Shown: one piece after another, positions 11,190 to 24,032 of the stretch
Layout: the number at the start of each line of letters is the position of its first letter
Numbering within the stretch: position 1 is the stretch's first letter
Source of the DNA: Octopus vulgaris
Lineage: Eukaryota
NCBI GenBank assembly: GCA_951406725.2
Contig: OX597820.1
Coordinates: 99,138,001 to 99,202,000, forward strand
DNA length: 64,000 bases
Direction of reading: 5' to 3'
The notes under the pieces: model-generated
What the model was told of the DNA's origin: nothing
The model's input: only the letters and a program-made list of their open reading frames with translations
Database searches by the model: none
Program-made: the position numbers and the translations under genes

Positions 11190-14100
11190 ATCCTGACAAA
11201 ACAAACAGTGAAGCGAAGTGTAATCTTCTGCCTAGCCAGCCCCTATCAAACCGTCCAACCCATAAATGATGATGATGATGATGATATATATATATCTATA
11301 TACTTTATTAAAGCTACCCGTACACTAGATGGTTGTGATCAGTTTTCATCATAACTGTCCAACAAACAGGAATGTGAAACTCTGAGTAACAGTCTTGTAA
11401 TAATTTTGCAGCTTTAATAAAAACATATTACTCTACCCTCGGTATTTGAGTACTATTCTTTTCTAGGAACTGCTAACCATATCTTAAAAATTCCAAGGTA
11501 ACAACATGTCAAATAGAATTTGAGCTCCACCTTACTTTGTATTCATTGCAGTTACCATTAGGATCTTCAACTGCACAACCCTAAACCTACTTGAATCACA
11601 AGAATCCACAAGGTTAGTTGCTAAGGTTTTGCAATGAAGGGAGATAAATCTTCTGGATCTGTAGCTGGCTTCTTATAGACATATATTTTTCCACAAGTGT
11701 AATTGATCATAACACTACACACCAATATAACATACATAAATTACACAAGAGTGCCACTACTTACAGAGGTAAGAAGAAATTTCTATAAGGTCATTCGACC
11801 TGCTAGAAATAGCAGGCACATCTTCCTCCAACCATTCACTGTCATCTTAAATAAGAATACATCAAATAATATTGTCCAAGGTACACTATTCTAGAATATC
11901 AGAATATCAGAATCTAGAATATCAGATATGATCATAGCCAGAATGGCCTTTGATCAGGGATCTGTTTACACTATCAAAGCTGATATGAATCTAAACAACA
12001 ATGTGTTAAAGCTAGATGAACTTAGCACATGAGACTTAAGTGTTTTGGTCATGGACAGATGCAGTACAGACAAAAGAATAAGAAACTTCTCAACTCTTTT
12101 AACTAGTTATGTAATTAATTACTAACCCTTTCTCTGTTCTGTGTAACACGTGACACACAGGATGCATTTCCCAGGTGTCCATGCATCATAAATGATACAC
12201 AATACCAATTCTTTTTAACTACCTGAGTACCTTGGTACTTATGTAAAGAAAGTTTTATATTACTCTGAATGTATAAAACAAGGGCTAACTAAAAGTCTGA
12301 AAACGAGAATGGATATTAAGGACAAACTAATAGAAAGGCTGAAGATGCTCGACCTTTATTCTCTAGAAAAACGACGACGCCGTGGTGATCTCATTCTTGC
12401 TCACAACATCATAAGCGGAAAGTGTAACCTCTCAAAAGAGCTGTTCTTCACTCCTGCTCCAGAGCGTTGGCTGCGAGGTCACTCCGAAAAGCTCTATCTG
12501 TGATGATTTCATCTCAGCCGAAGGAGAGGGGCTTTCTCCATCCGGGTTGTGGATCCGTGGAATAAGCTGCTGGACGAGATAGTGAAGATACCGACGACCG
12601 CTTGGTTCAAAGTCTCTCTTGACCAGAAATGGCCTGAACTCTTTGCATGAACACCCTCCCTGTACATAACTCCATGTCCCCCTTCATGGCCTTGCTTTTT
12701 GCTTTTTGAACCAAAAAATTAACTTAACTTAACTTAAATACTTTGGATAGGTAAAGGGTTATCTTAAGGCATCAACGGTTCCCAATATATGAACAAACAA
12801 GGAGGCAAAATACACTGAACATGCTCCAACTTGTACACAGTTTCTCATGTAACAATCTTATTGCACGGCAGAGCAGAAGGTTAATGATGCTACTGCTACA
12901 CATACAAACGTCCGAGATTGCATTAAAAACAAAATTTTTTAAATAAAAGACATGTAACCACTTGGCAGGAAATCACACCACCAACATACTCCTACTTTTG
13001 GTCCCTAAATACGTAGTTTACCCCCATCTGTCTTTTCTATCACTATGACAGTGGCCTCTCTCTGAGCCCACTGATTACATAACTATTTCTTTACTACCCA
13101 CAAGGGGCTAAACACAGACAGGACAAACAAGGACAGACAAACGGATTAAGTCAATTATATCAACCCCAGTGCGTAACTGGTACTTAAATCTATCGACCCC
13201 CGAAAGGATGAAAGGCAAAGTCGACCTCGGCGGAATTTGAACTCAGAAGTATACCACCTTCACTTTGACACATGTGACTCACTCCCCTTTCCTCCCCTCA
13301 TTATGCATACTGTGTCTACCACTACCATCACCAGGATCCACACCATATTCCTTATCCCTGTTCTTCTACATTGAATGTTATCCATGTGGAATTTCTTCCT
13401 TGCCAGTGTTTTTCCTGCTGTCGTTGACTGACTTGTGTTCAACAAGAACATTAACTGCATTAGTTTCACCAATGTCAGAGGACCTGCAAGAACCACACTC
13501 ACAGATCCTTCCCTCAGACCAAACCATTTGAAAATGGAAAAGAAAAAAAATCCCATACCCTCATCCTGCTCTGAAAATAATTGATTGACTGACTACCTGC
13601 ATAGTTTAGGCTTGCTTGAACGGAACTCCCTGAAGAGGCTCAATAACAATACTAAGAACAATTTGTTTGTTATTACAATGTTTTCCATGATACAAGTTGA
13701 ATTCTTCTGACCAACGTTGCCAAAAATTCCAAGTGAAATGCAACAGGATTTGGAAAGATGGTAACAATGTTTGAATAATTATACTACATGTTTATTTCAT
13801 ACGCTATGTTGGCTTATATGTCAGAAAACACTGTTACGATGTGTTGCAGATAAAGAGTTAGTAACACAGAAGATTTCAATTGAACTTTCTTTTTTATGAT
13901 GCTTAATCACAGAAGCCATAGTAGTACCCATGACCCTCGTCACAGTTTCCAAAACTGGTTTGAATTATCCTCAGGCCAGAGTGCTTGTAACAGAGTGGAC
14001 TGTTCTAAAGGCAGGTGATGATGCTAAACTGGACATATATATATATATACACATACATATATACAAATAAATATCTATCTCTCTATCTACCTACACATCT

Positions 14101-14335
14101 CTCTCTCTCTCTCTCTTTCTCAAGATATATATATATATAGGGTAAAGGTTTTTATTTTTCATTTATTTCGAAATTTGCTATAAAATTGTGGTTTTTGGCT
14201 GTGTTGGCTGCTATTTCTAGCATGTAAAATTACCTGTTAAAGGGTAATTTTCTATTTTGAAATACGAATATGTTGTCTATTGACTTTTTATACATGCTAG
14301 GCCAATGGTGGTGATATTTATAATGAGTATTCGCC

Positions 14336-14391
<56 letters not shown>

Positions 14392-14982
14392 TGCATGCAC
14401 ACATGCAAGCATGGAAAACAGATATTTAATGATGATGATGATGATACTTACACATATGTCTCTATATACAAGATGCAAAATAATGAATTAAAAGAAATAA
14501 TAGAAAATAAAGTTTGAAAAATTTCCAGAGTATATAGTAAACTTCCACTCACAGACAACGTTTCGGAGCATTCGGGTCTTTAACTTGTTTCCGTTTCCGT
14601 TTAATTTCACCAGGGGGTGGCACATAGTTAGCCATTTCATTGTCATACCGAATCTTGTCTTTCTGAGCCATCTCTTCAAACAGTTTCTTTTCCATAGGTA
14701 ACATGTCCTGAAGGGAAAATTTTACCATGATAAAATAGTAATGAGGATCTAAGTTGGTGTTTGAAACATAAAGGAACATGAAATTTTTTATTTAAATTTT
14801 AATTTAGAATACTAAGGTTTGGATGTGTGGTAAGTAGCTTGCTTACCAACAACATGGTTCCAGGTTCAGTCCCACTGCGTGGCACCTCATGCAAGTCTCT
14901 TCTACTATAGCCTCAGGCCGACCAAAGCCTTGTAAGTGGATTTGGAAGACGAAAACTGAAAGAAGCCCATCGTATATATGTA

Positions 14983-15015
<33 letters not shown>

Positions 15016-18000
15016 TTGTGTGTCTGTGTTTGTCCCCCCAACATTGCTTGACAACCGATGCTGATGTATTTACATCCCTGTAACTTAGCGGTTCAGCAAA
15101 AGAGACCGATAGAATAAGTACTAGGCTTGCAAAGAAAAAGTCCTGGAGTCGATTTGCTCAAACTAAAAGGCGGTGCTCTAGCATGGCCACAGTCACATGG
15201 CTGAAACAAGTAAAAGAGTAAAAGAGTAAACAGAAAGTTTGTAGGCATGGCTGTGTGGTAAGAAGCTTGCTTCCCAACCATGTGGTTTCAGGTTCATCTC
15301 ACTGTGCGGCACCTTGGGCAAGTGTCCTCTACTATTATTGCTTTGGGCTGACCAAAACCTTGTGAATGGATTTGGCAGACAGAAACTGAAAGAAACCTGT
15401 CCTGTATATGTGTGCGTGCATGTGCGCATGTGAGTCCTTGTGCCTGTGTTGGTCCCCCATCATCACAGCTTGACACCCAGTGTTAGTGTGTTTATGTCCC
15501 CATAACTTAGCAGTTCAGCAAAAAGAACAATAGAATAAGTACAAGGCTTAAAAATTAAAAAGTAAAAAAAGTACTAGGGTCAATTCATTCAACTAAAAAT
15601 TCTTCCAGGCAGTGCCCCAGGATGGCCACCGTCTAATGACTGAAACAATTAAAAAATAAAAGATAAAAGATACCATTGAACCAGATGTAGACTCAGATAG
15701 GTTGGTATAAAAAAGGTTAACCATAAGGTCACTTGTCTGTGGATACACTGGGACTAAGTTAAGTTAAGTTAAGTTAATTTTTTGGCTCAAAAAGCAAAAA
15801 GCAAGGCCATGTAGGGGGACATGGAATTATGTACAGGGAGGGTGTTCATGCAAAGAGTTCAGGCCATTTCTGGTCAAGAGAGACTTTGAACCGAGCGGTC
15901 GTCGGCATCTTCACTATCTCGTCCGGCAGCTTATTTCACAGATCTGCAACCTGGATGGAGAAAGCCCCTCTCCTTCGATTGAGATGAAATCGTCGCAGAT
16001 AGAGCTTTTCGGAGTGACCCCGCAGCCGACGCTCTGGAGCAGGAGTGAAGAACAGCTCTTTCGAGAGGTTACACTTTCCGCTTATGATGTTGTGAGCGAG
16101 AATGAGATCACCACGGCGTCGGCGTTTTTCTAGGGAATAAAGGTCGAGTGTCTTCTAGTACATCTGTCACAGATCTTGCTAGGCCTGATGAGAAGTAAAT
16201 CTTCCCCTTGATAGGATATTAGTCTATTGCAAGTTAACTTTCCCTGCAGAGAGCTTGAAGCAAGGATTGATCTCAATATTACTTAGTTTTCCAGGCTAAT
16301 ACTTAGTGGTGAATCATACTACTATGCTATGGTAAATTCTAGGTCTGCTGAAAATAGCAGCCTAATATCTCTCAAATTAGATCCAACCATCTTTGGAAAA
16401 AAGGAAGAGCATATTGGATAATGTAGTCTCAGGTGAACTTGTAAAGATGTATACTTTCTAGATTCTAGTCATTTGGGATTTCAAGCATTCAGGGTTATAA
16501 TACAAACATAGGCGCAGGAGTGGCTGTGTGGAAAGTAGCTTGCTAACCAGCCACATGGTTCCAGGTTCAGTCACCTGCGTGGCATCTTGGGCAAATGTCT
16601 TCTGCTATAGCCCCGGGCCGACCAATGCCTTGTGAGTGGATTTGGTAGACGGAAACTGAAAGAAGCCTGTCGTATATATGTATATATATATATATATATG
16701 TATGTGTGTATGTGTTTGTGTGTCTGTGTTTGTCTCCCTAGCATTGCTTGACAACCGATGCTGGTGTCTTTATGTCCCCGTCACTTAGCGGTTCAGCAAA
16801 AGTAACTGATAGAATAAGTACTGGGCTTACAAATGAATAAGTCCCGGGGTCGATTTGCTCGACTATAGGCGGTGCTCCAGCATGGCCGCAGTCAAATGAC
16901 TGAAACAAGTAATAGAGTAAAAGAGTAAAGAGTATATTTTTATTATAGAAAAAGCGCACTGCCAATGGCAAAATGCAAAAGACTCAAAGATTGGCTAGTT
17001 GCTCAATAATTCAAGAACATATCAATGAGGAGGTGTAGTCAATAATTTAATTAATAATATTGGACAAGTGATGACAGGATCCTAAGTTTAAATCTGCCTG
17101 CAGTGTACTGAACAATAGATGCTGTGAACTGTGCTGTGTACAGAACAATAGACATAACTCTACTTGCACTGGTTTGTCTTACTGAACAAAATATAGACTC
17201 TGCTCCTAATTTCACAGCTGAATTGGTCAACACTAGGAAGGCCATTCCAGACATATCAACAATTACTAGAAAAAACCTATGTACAATACACACATTTTTT
17301 TCACTAAAATTAAGGTTAAAATTAGGAGTGTATATAATACATGTATTTATAGATAATTTAATAGATAATATAGATTAATTTTGTTTGCTAGCATTTATGT
17401 GTCTGTGTGTATGCATGTATGTATGTATGTATGTATGTATGGGTGTATGAGGTCACTCTTTTCTACTCTAGGCACAATGCCTGAAATTTTGGGGGAGGGA
17501 GCCAGTTGATTAGATTGAACCCCAGTATACAACTGGTACTTAATTTATCGACCCCCAAAAGGATGAGAGGCAAAGTTGACCTCACCTCAGAACATAAAGA
17601 CAGACGAAATACTGCTAAGCATTTGCCTGGCATGCTAACGTTTCTGCCAGCTCGCCGCCATATGAGAAGGTCACTCTGATTTAAAACCGGATGTGTAGGG
17701 AATGGGAATGGACATTTTGGGGATCTTTTGCTTGTGCTTGAGATAATGGCACTCTCGCATTCCTGAGCTGGTGACTCATATTAGCACAGGATATCTTGCC
17801 TTGGCATGTCTGTGAGTCATGTTAACAGAGTGAAGAGAGTGAATGAGATATTGTGCAAGCTTTATTGGGTCTAAAATTTTAGGTGGCACAATCACCAGTG
17901 GAAAGCAATGGAATTCACAGGTGTAAGCCCAGGAGAAGCCAACTATGATGCAATAACCTTATGAACAAGCATTACTGACATCTTGCATTTTAAACCAGGT

Positions 18001-18720
18001 ATATCCAATCCATATACATATATACATACAAATATACATATTTGTATATATATATGTAGCAGTGTTCATGTGTGTGTGTGTGTGTGTATTTATGTATATA
18101 ACAAAATAAATCAAACTTAAACTTAATGTAGTCTGAGATGAACTTGTAAAGATGTATCATCATCATCGTCGTTTAACGTCCGTTCTCTATGCTAGCATGG
18201 GTTGGACGGTTCGACCGGGGATCTGGGAAGCCAGAAGGCTGCACCAGGCTCCAGTCAGATCTGGCAGTGTTTCTACAGCTGGATGCCCTTCCTAACGCCA
18301 ACCACTCCGTGAGTGTAGTGGGTGCATTTTACACGCCACAGATTCTAGTCATTTGGGATTTCAAACATTCAGGATTAAACTTAAATGTTGAAGTGAATCG
18401 AATGGCTCTTGTGTGCTTCTTAAATGGCTTATAAACACCTTCCACGCTGCAATTGTTTTCATTTCAGCACACGATCTCAGATCAAATCACTTGCTATGCA
18501 AGTACATTTCCGTAAGCAAAATAAATGTTAACAAGCAAAGAAAAAAAGAAAAAAGTAATTAGTCTCACACCTTCCATCTTTCTGAACATTTCCGTAAAAA
18601 TTCTTTAAAATCTAACTTAACACCGGGATGCTGTTTCTCGTGTTCTTCCCGACAAATCTTCACAAAGAACATGTAAGATGTTGAACGACTCCGTGGTTTG
18701 CCATCTGCCTTCTTACCCAT
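7522..18720 (-). CDS. HMGB: HMGB-family high mobility group protein, spliced: join(18720-18571,14707-14553,9975-9801,8325-7522), 427 aa
   Basis: Four exons with canonical GT/AG sites splice in frame (150+155+175+804=1284 nt). Box A starts [27 protein letters not shown]...KCSERWK, followed by linker KDPNAPKR, box [12 protein letters not shown]...LLGKMW...RYEK and an acidic C-terminus. Confidence 0.93.
9236..9570 (-). mobile_element. Short retroposon with an RTE-like 3' end and (GAT)n tail, family C
   Basis: Contains GCGTTAGGAAGGGCATC...CCCATGCTAGCATGG...(GAT)n; other copies near 4930, 18156, 22575, 24814, 30975-31430, 44522 and 53585. Confidence 0.7.
9801..9975 (-). CDS. HMGB: HMGB coding exon 3 (HMG box B)
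   Basis: Acceptor TTTCATTTTCAG; 175 nt; encodes [58 protein letters not shown]; donor AAG|GTAATT. Confidence 0.93.
10202..10605 (-). mobile_element. SINE family A, full length
   Basis: Runs from the GGCGCAGGAGTGGCTGTGTGG head to the AAACAAGTAAAGGAG tail. Confidence 0.88.
10705..11030 (+). mobile_element. Tc1/mariner-superfamily transposase C-terminal relic
   Basis: [20 protein letters not shown] resembles the WPPxSPDLNPLD motif. Confidence 0.6.
11091..11234. repeat. Perfect palindrome with a (TA)n centre
   Basis: About 48-bp unique arms, TAGGCAGAAG...GGATCTTA and TAAGATCC...CTTCTGCCTA. Confidence 0.92.
12333..12737 (+). mobile_element. CR1-clade LINE 3' fragment
   Basis: Encodes [16 protein letters not shown] (CR1 ORF2 C-terminal motif); (TTAAC)n tail. 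Confidence 0.8.
13084..13248 (-). mobile_element. tRNA-derived SINE, family B (OR-like), 5' truncated
   Basis: Core GAGTTCAAATTCCGCCGAGGTCGACTTTGCCTTTCATCC; other copies near 17458, 22960, 30486, 42912, 57986 and 60162. Confidence 0.78.
14553..14707 (-). CDS. HMGB: HMGB coding exon 2 (end of box A and linker)
   Basis: Acceptor TTTTCCCTTCAG; encodes [51 protein letters not shown]; phase-2 donor CT|GTGAGT. Confidence 0.93.
14822..15668 (+). mobile_element. Two tandem SINE family A copies (14822-15228 and 15241-15668)
   Basis: Two head-to-tail copies, each with A and B boxes. Confidence 0.82.
15755..16155 (-). mobile_element. CR1-clade LINE 3' fragment, inverted relative to 12333-12737
   Basis: Reverse complement of the 12.3-kb copy, including the (GTTAA)n tail. 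Confidence 0.8.
16509..16932 (+). mobile_element. SINE family A, full length
   Basis: Complete head, internal microsatellite and tail. Confidence 0.88.
17458..17659 (-). mobile_element. SINE family B copy
   Basis: GGCGGCGAGCTGGCAGAAACGTTAG head on the minus strand. Confidence 0.75.
18571..18720 (-). CDS. HMGB: HMGB coding exon 1 (first 50 aa of HMG box A); the exon starts at 18751 in the 5'UTR
   Basis: ATG at 18720; encodes [50 protein letters not shown]; acceptor TTCTACTTGCAG before 18751; donor AAG|GTGTGA after 18571. Confidence 0.92.
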
Positions 18721-19085
18721 CCTTGACAGGACTGGGTAGATTTAGATAAATCTGCAAGTAGAATAAAAAAAATTGGATAAAGATATGCATGCAAGTGTAT
18801 GTATGTATATGTATACATACTTATATATATATGTGTGTGTATATATATTTCTCTTTCTCTTTTACTTGTTTCAATCATTTGAACTGCGGCCAGGGAAAAA
18901 TTAGATTTAGGATTAAATCCAATTTTATAGTATAAATATATTATATTATATTATATTAAATTAGAGATAAAACCACTATTAGGCAAATCAAACAATGAAA
19001 AACATAAGCCAATACATAAAATTAATTAATTTATATTATTTAAATATATATCAAAAGTATTAAAAGTTTAATAAAAAATAAAGAG

Positions 19086-19161
<76 letters not shown>

Positions 19162-19363
19162 TGTACTCATTGGGTGTTACATGGATTATTCAAAACAGCT
19201 TGATTTAGATTCCGTGCTACTTCAAGTTTTGCAAATCCATAATGGAGCTTGTCTCCACTGGCTGGTGGGATCCCTCTAGCTTCTATTAAGGGCTTGCGAA
19301 ACTTGAAGCAGCACGGAATCTAAAAACTGTATGTGAATATATATAAATATACATATATATATT

Positions 19364-20213
19364 GTGGCTGTGTGGTAAGTAGTTTGCTTACCAACCACAT
19401 GGTTCTGGGTTCAGTCCCACTACATGGCAACTTGGGCAAGTGTCTTCTACTATAGCCTCGGGCTGACCAAAGCCTTGTGAGTGTATTTGGTAGATGGAAA
19501 CTGAAAGAAGCCCGTCGTATATATATATATATATGTGTGTGTGTGTTTGTGTGTCTGTGTTTGACCCCTAGCATTGCTTGACAACCGATGCTGGTGTGTT
19601 TATGTCCCCTTCACTTAGCGGTTCGGCAAAAAAGACCAATAGAATAAGTGCTGGGCTCACAAAGAATAAGTCCCAGGGTCGAGTTGCTCGATTAAAGGCG
19701 GTGCTCCAGCATGGTTGCAGTCAAATGACTGAAACAAGTAAAAGAGATACATACATACATACACACACATACATATATACACACACATACATACTTATAT
19801 ACACACACATACATACTTATATACACACACACACACATATGTACTTATACATACATACATATATACATGAATATATATATATATATATATATATAGAGAC
19901 ACACACATACGTATATTTATATATATTCCCAATGCAGGCCATCTTGGGCAAGTGTCTTCTATTATAGCCTTGGGCTGACCAAAACATTGTGAGTAGATTT
20001 GGTAGATGAAAGCTGAAAGAAGCCTGTTGTATGTATGTATGTATATATATATATGTGTGTGTGTGTGTGTTATTGTGTATGTCTTTGTCCCCTAACACTG
20101 CTTCACAACCAGTGTTAGTGTGTTTACAGCCTTGTAACTTAGCAGTTCAACAAAAGAGACTGATAGAATGAATACCAGGCTTAAAACAAACAAGTACTAG
20201 GGTTGACTCATTT
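19364..20213 (+). mobile_element. Two SINE family A copies (19364-19746 and 19937-20213)
   Basis: Similar to the other copies. Confidence 0.8.
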
Positions 20214-20237
20214 GATATATATATACATATATATATA

Positions 20238-21150
20238 CAGGGGTTGGACAAAATAATGGAAACAGCTAGCATCAGAGCATCATAATTTTGAAATATCGAT
20301 AAAACCGTCAAAAGCTTGCTTATTTTTAGGTTTTTTGATCTATTATTAGTATTGCTTAATATGTTCCGCTAAAATTCTAGTGTTTGACCGAAAGGTTGTA
20401 TCTATTCCATCTTCGTCTATCATTTCAAATTATATTTGTTTACTTTTGTACTTCCACCCTGTATTGTCTTGCTTGCTCAAGCCCTAATTCTACGCAAATC
20501 TTGCGGGTGCCGCCGATATACAAGGTTCTCAATCTTGTTGTTAAAAGCACGAAACTGACTATTAGTATTTTTGATCTGATGAAGAATTAGTGTCTGTCCT
20601 ACGTTTACGTTTTGTAGTATTTAATGCATTTTTCACTCATGTGTGTGCACGCGTGTATTCATAAAGGTATGTATATATATATACAGGGGTTGGACAAAAT
20701 AATGGAAATACCTAGAATCATAGCATCATAATTTTGAAATATCTATAAAACCGTCAAAAGCTTGTTTATTTTTATGTCTTTTTTATTTATTATTAGTATT
20801 GCTTAATATGTTTCGCTAAAATTGCTGTTTCTTTTCACATATCCAAAAAAGGTAATTAAAATTCATTAAAATGACAGATCTATTGAGCTTTCAAAGAGGT
20901 CAAATTGTTGGTGCTCATATGTCAGGTGCTAGAGTAAGGAAAACAGCCGATATGTTTGGTGTATCAAGAAGTACTGTCTCGAAAGTAATGACAGCCTTTG
21001 AGAAAGAGGGAAAAACCTCCACATTGAAACAAAACACCAGAAGAAAACCAAAACTTTCAGATAGGAACCATTGGACTCTTACTCGAATTGTTAGAAAGGA
21101 CCACAAAAATTCAGCTCCAAAAATTACTTAATGACCATCTCGGGAACCCA
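20238..21150 (+). mobile_element. Tc1-like transposon, duplicated left end and truncated transposase (20871-21131)
   Basis: TA|CAGGGGTTGGACAAAATAATGGAAA at 20238 and 20684; ORF contains FQRGQIVGAH...FGVSRSTVSKV (Tc1 HTH). Confidence 0.8.
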
Positions 21151-22093
21151 GTCTTACAAGAGCAAAGAAGACAAAGGATGAAACAATCTGAAACTGCCAC
21201 ACTATACCAAACATGGTAAACTACTAGTCACCAGAACATGCAATGTAGTCCTCAGCAAGACTACACTTACAGCATGGCATATCCAAAGTACTGAGTCTTT
21301 TGGTCACAGTTAGTCATTTGATCAAAACAAACCAAATAGGATAAAACCAATAAGATTATTGTTGCCTGTAGATACAACATAATGAACAAGTTTATTGTTC
21401 ATGTAGTAAGCTACAAAATTCTTACATTCCCTTGATTTCCTGTAATTCAGGCTACCTCCTGGTCACAGCAGACAAAATGGAAAAGGTGTTGCCTTGGAGG
21501 ATGCAAGGGTGATACAGTAAAAAAGCCATTGTGACTCACGGGGCAGCACTTGCAGATAACCATCACCATTCCGATAGCAGTGAGCAGGGATATGGCCCAG
21601 GAGTTGAAGACGCCGGAGGTCTTGACTACCACATGATAGTTTGCTTTTCTCAGCCTGACAAGCAGTGGAGCCTGGGCAGGTAGCTGAACACACCAAATTG
21701 CAGCTGGAGAACTTACTGCTGTATCGGTTCCAGCATGGTTAACCAAGGGAAGAGTGATACTGTATTGCACATGCGATTGCCATCAGCAATCACTACTACA
21801 ACCCTACATTAAGACTGTAATACCAGAATACCCTATCATAGCCAATGGCATTACTAACAACTACAACTAAAGCATTATAAATCAATGAAGAAATTTAAAG
21901 ATGGAGAACTCCTCACTAACAAGTGAAATTGCATTTACATTCAAATGTGAAACTGCCTATAATGAAATCTCAAAAAATCCCAACAAAAAGAAATTACTTA
22001 AGTCTTAACACCAAAACAGTTAATTTTAGTTGCCATATTTTTGTGGAAATAAACTGCTTTTGTTTCAACTGATTTTGAAAAATATTAAAGAAT

Positions 22094-22498
22094 AGGCGCA
22101 GGAGTGGCTGTGTGGTAAGTAGCTTGCTAACCAACCACATGGTTCCGGGTTCAGTCCCACTGCATGGCATCTTGGGCAAGTGTCTTCTACTATAGCCCCG
22201 GACCGACCAATGCCTTGTGAGTGGATTTGGTAGACAGAAACTGAAAGAAGCCTGTTGTATATATGTATATATATGTATGTGTGTGTGTGTTTGTGTGTCT
22301 GTGTTTGTCCCGCTAGCATTGCTTGACAACCGATGCTGGTGTGATTACGACCCCGTCACTTAGCACTTCGGCAAAAGAGACCGATTGAATAAATACTGGG
22401 CTTACAAAAAATAAGTCCCGGGATCGATTTGCTCGATTAAAGGCGGTGCTCCAGCATGACCACAGTCAAATGACTGAAACAAGTAAGAATAAGAATAA
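22094..22498 (+). mobile_element. SINE family A, full length
   Basis: Complete head and tail. Confidence 0.88.
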
Positions 22499-24032
22499 GT
22501 AATATAATTTAATCATTAAGTGGTGTTTGGTGTATAAACTACATGAAATTTTGTGGGAGCATTTTAATCTAAATCATCATCATCATCATCATCGTTTAAC
22601 GTCCGTTCTCCATGCTAGCATGGGTTGGACGGTTCGACCGGGGATCTGGGAAGCCAGAAGGCTGCACCAGGCTCCAGTCTTATCTGGCAATGTTTCTACA
22701 GCTGGATGCTCCGTGAGTGTAGTGGGTGCTTTTTACGTGCCACCTGCACAGGTGCCAGGCGAGGCTGGCATCAGCCACGGTCGGATTGGTGCATTTTACG
22801 TGCCACCGGCACGGAAGCCAGTCGAGGCGGCACTGGCTTCAGCCACGATTCGGATGGTGCTTTTTACGTGCCAACTTTAAAAAAAAGAAGTTTGTATTAC
22901 AAAACTAAGGGTGGTTTCAGGTGGGATGGCATCAAAAAGGTTAATATGTTCCCTACAAGATGGCAAGTTGGCAGAACCATTAGCATGCCGAACAAAATGC
23001 TTAGCAGCACTTTGCCTGTTTTACAATCCGAGTTCAAATTCCACTGAGGTCAACTTTGCATTTCATCCTTTTAGGGTTGATAAGATAAGTACCAGTTGAG
23101 CATTGGGGTCTATGTAATCAACTGAACCCCTCCCCCATACTAGCATAGCTAGAGTGTGCGCCATCCAGGGTGGCTCTTCAGTTTGCTGCTCTGCAGGCCC
23201 CCACAAAAAGTACATATTGCCTACGACAGACCCAAAACTGATACTACGCCACTAAAAGTGCCACGAGGAGTAGACCACTGCCTCCTACCTCTAACTACAC
23301 TAGTAATCCTCCAAAATTGCTGGCCTTGAGTCAAAATCTGAAACAAATATAAGTTCCCTACCTATGAATTTGTAAAATATTAGCTAAGTTTAGCAGAGAA
23401 CAATATTAGCAGAGTACAAGACAAACAACACAAGGGACATTCCCCTTCTTCAGCTGCCCCTGTTTCGACTCAATGCGTGCTTCGAAGGTATATATATATA
23501 TATAAGGGCTAACACAATTCCTGAGCTGGACACCGCTGCATCGCTTTTGAAGGGTTTGAGTGGATTTTATTGATTGCAATATGTTGGGTTGTACTAGAAA
23601 ACAGTTGAACCGCTGCAATTACCTTTCTACAGACTCCCATATTGGATAATTTTCTCCATCAAAATGTTATGTCTAATGATTGTCAGTGTCCTTACTGAAG
23701 CTGAGTTATGTGACATACGTTGGGGGCCCATGCTTAAAGCTATCAAAATGTCATTAGAGCATAAAAGTTGTGTTAAGCAGTCTTTACTACTTATTGCTAG
23801 CTGAGATTTAGAAGATTGTTTCTTTCTTCAAAATCAGTTATTCTTACTTCATACTCTCCATCTCTCTCTCTTTTTCTCCCTCAAATACTTTAATAAGAGA
23901 GATCAGTAAGCAAACAGTAATTTACTGTAAGCAATTTATTTCCATTTTTGAAAGCTGGTATGATGAACAGGGACAGAAAATGCTCAGGTATTATAGAGAG
24001 CATCCATACATTTTCTCCAAAGAATAGACAGA

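Noticed and set aside
20550-20600. GAAAC and CTGATGA close together
   Set aside because: I could not build consistent hammerhead stems.
21447-21770. GC-richer stretch with a 107-aa ORF inside the HMGB first intron
   Set aside because: No recognisable domain or splice support; probably a decayed retroelement.
23420-23490. CTGAAGA and GAAAC on the minus strand
   Set aside because: The order and pairing do not give a convincing hammerhead.
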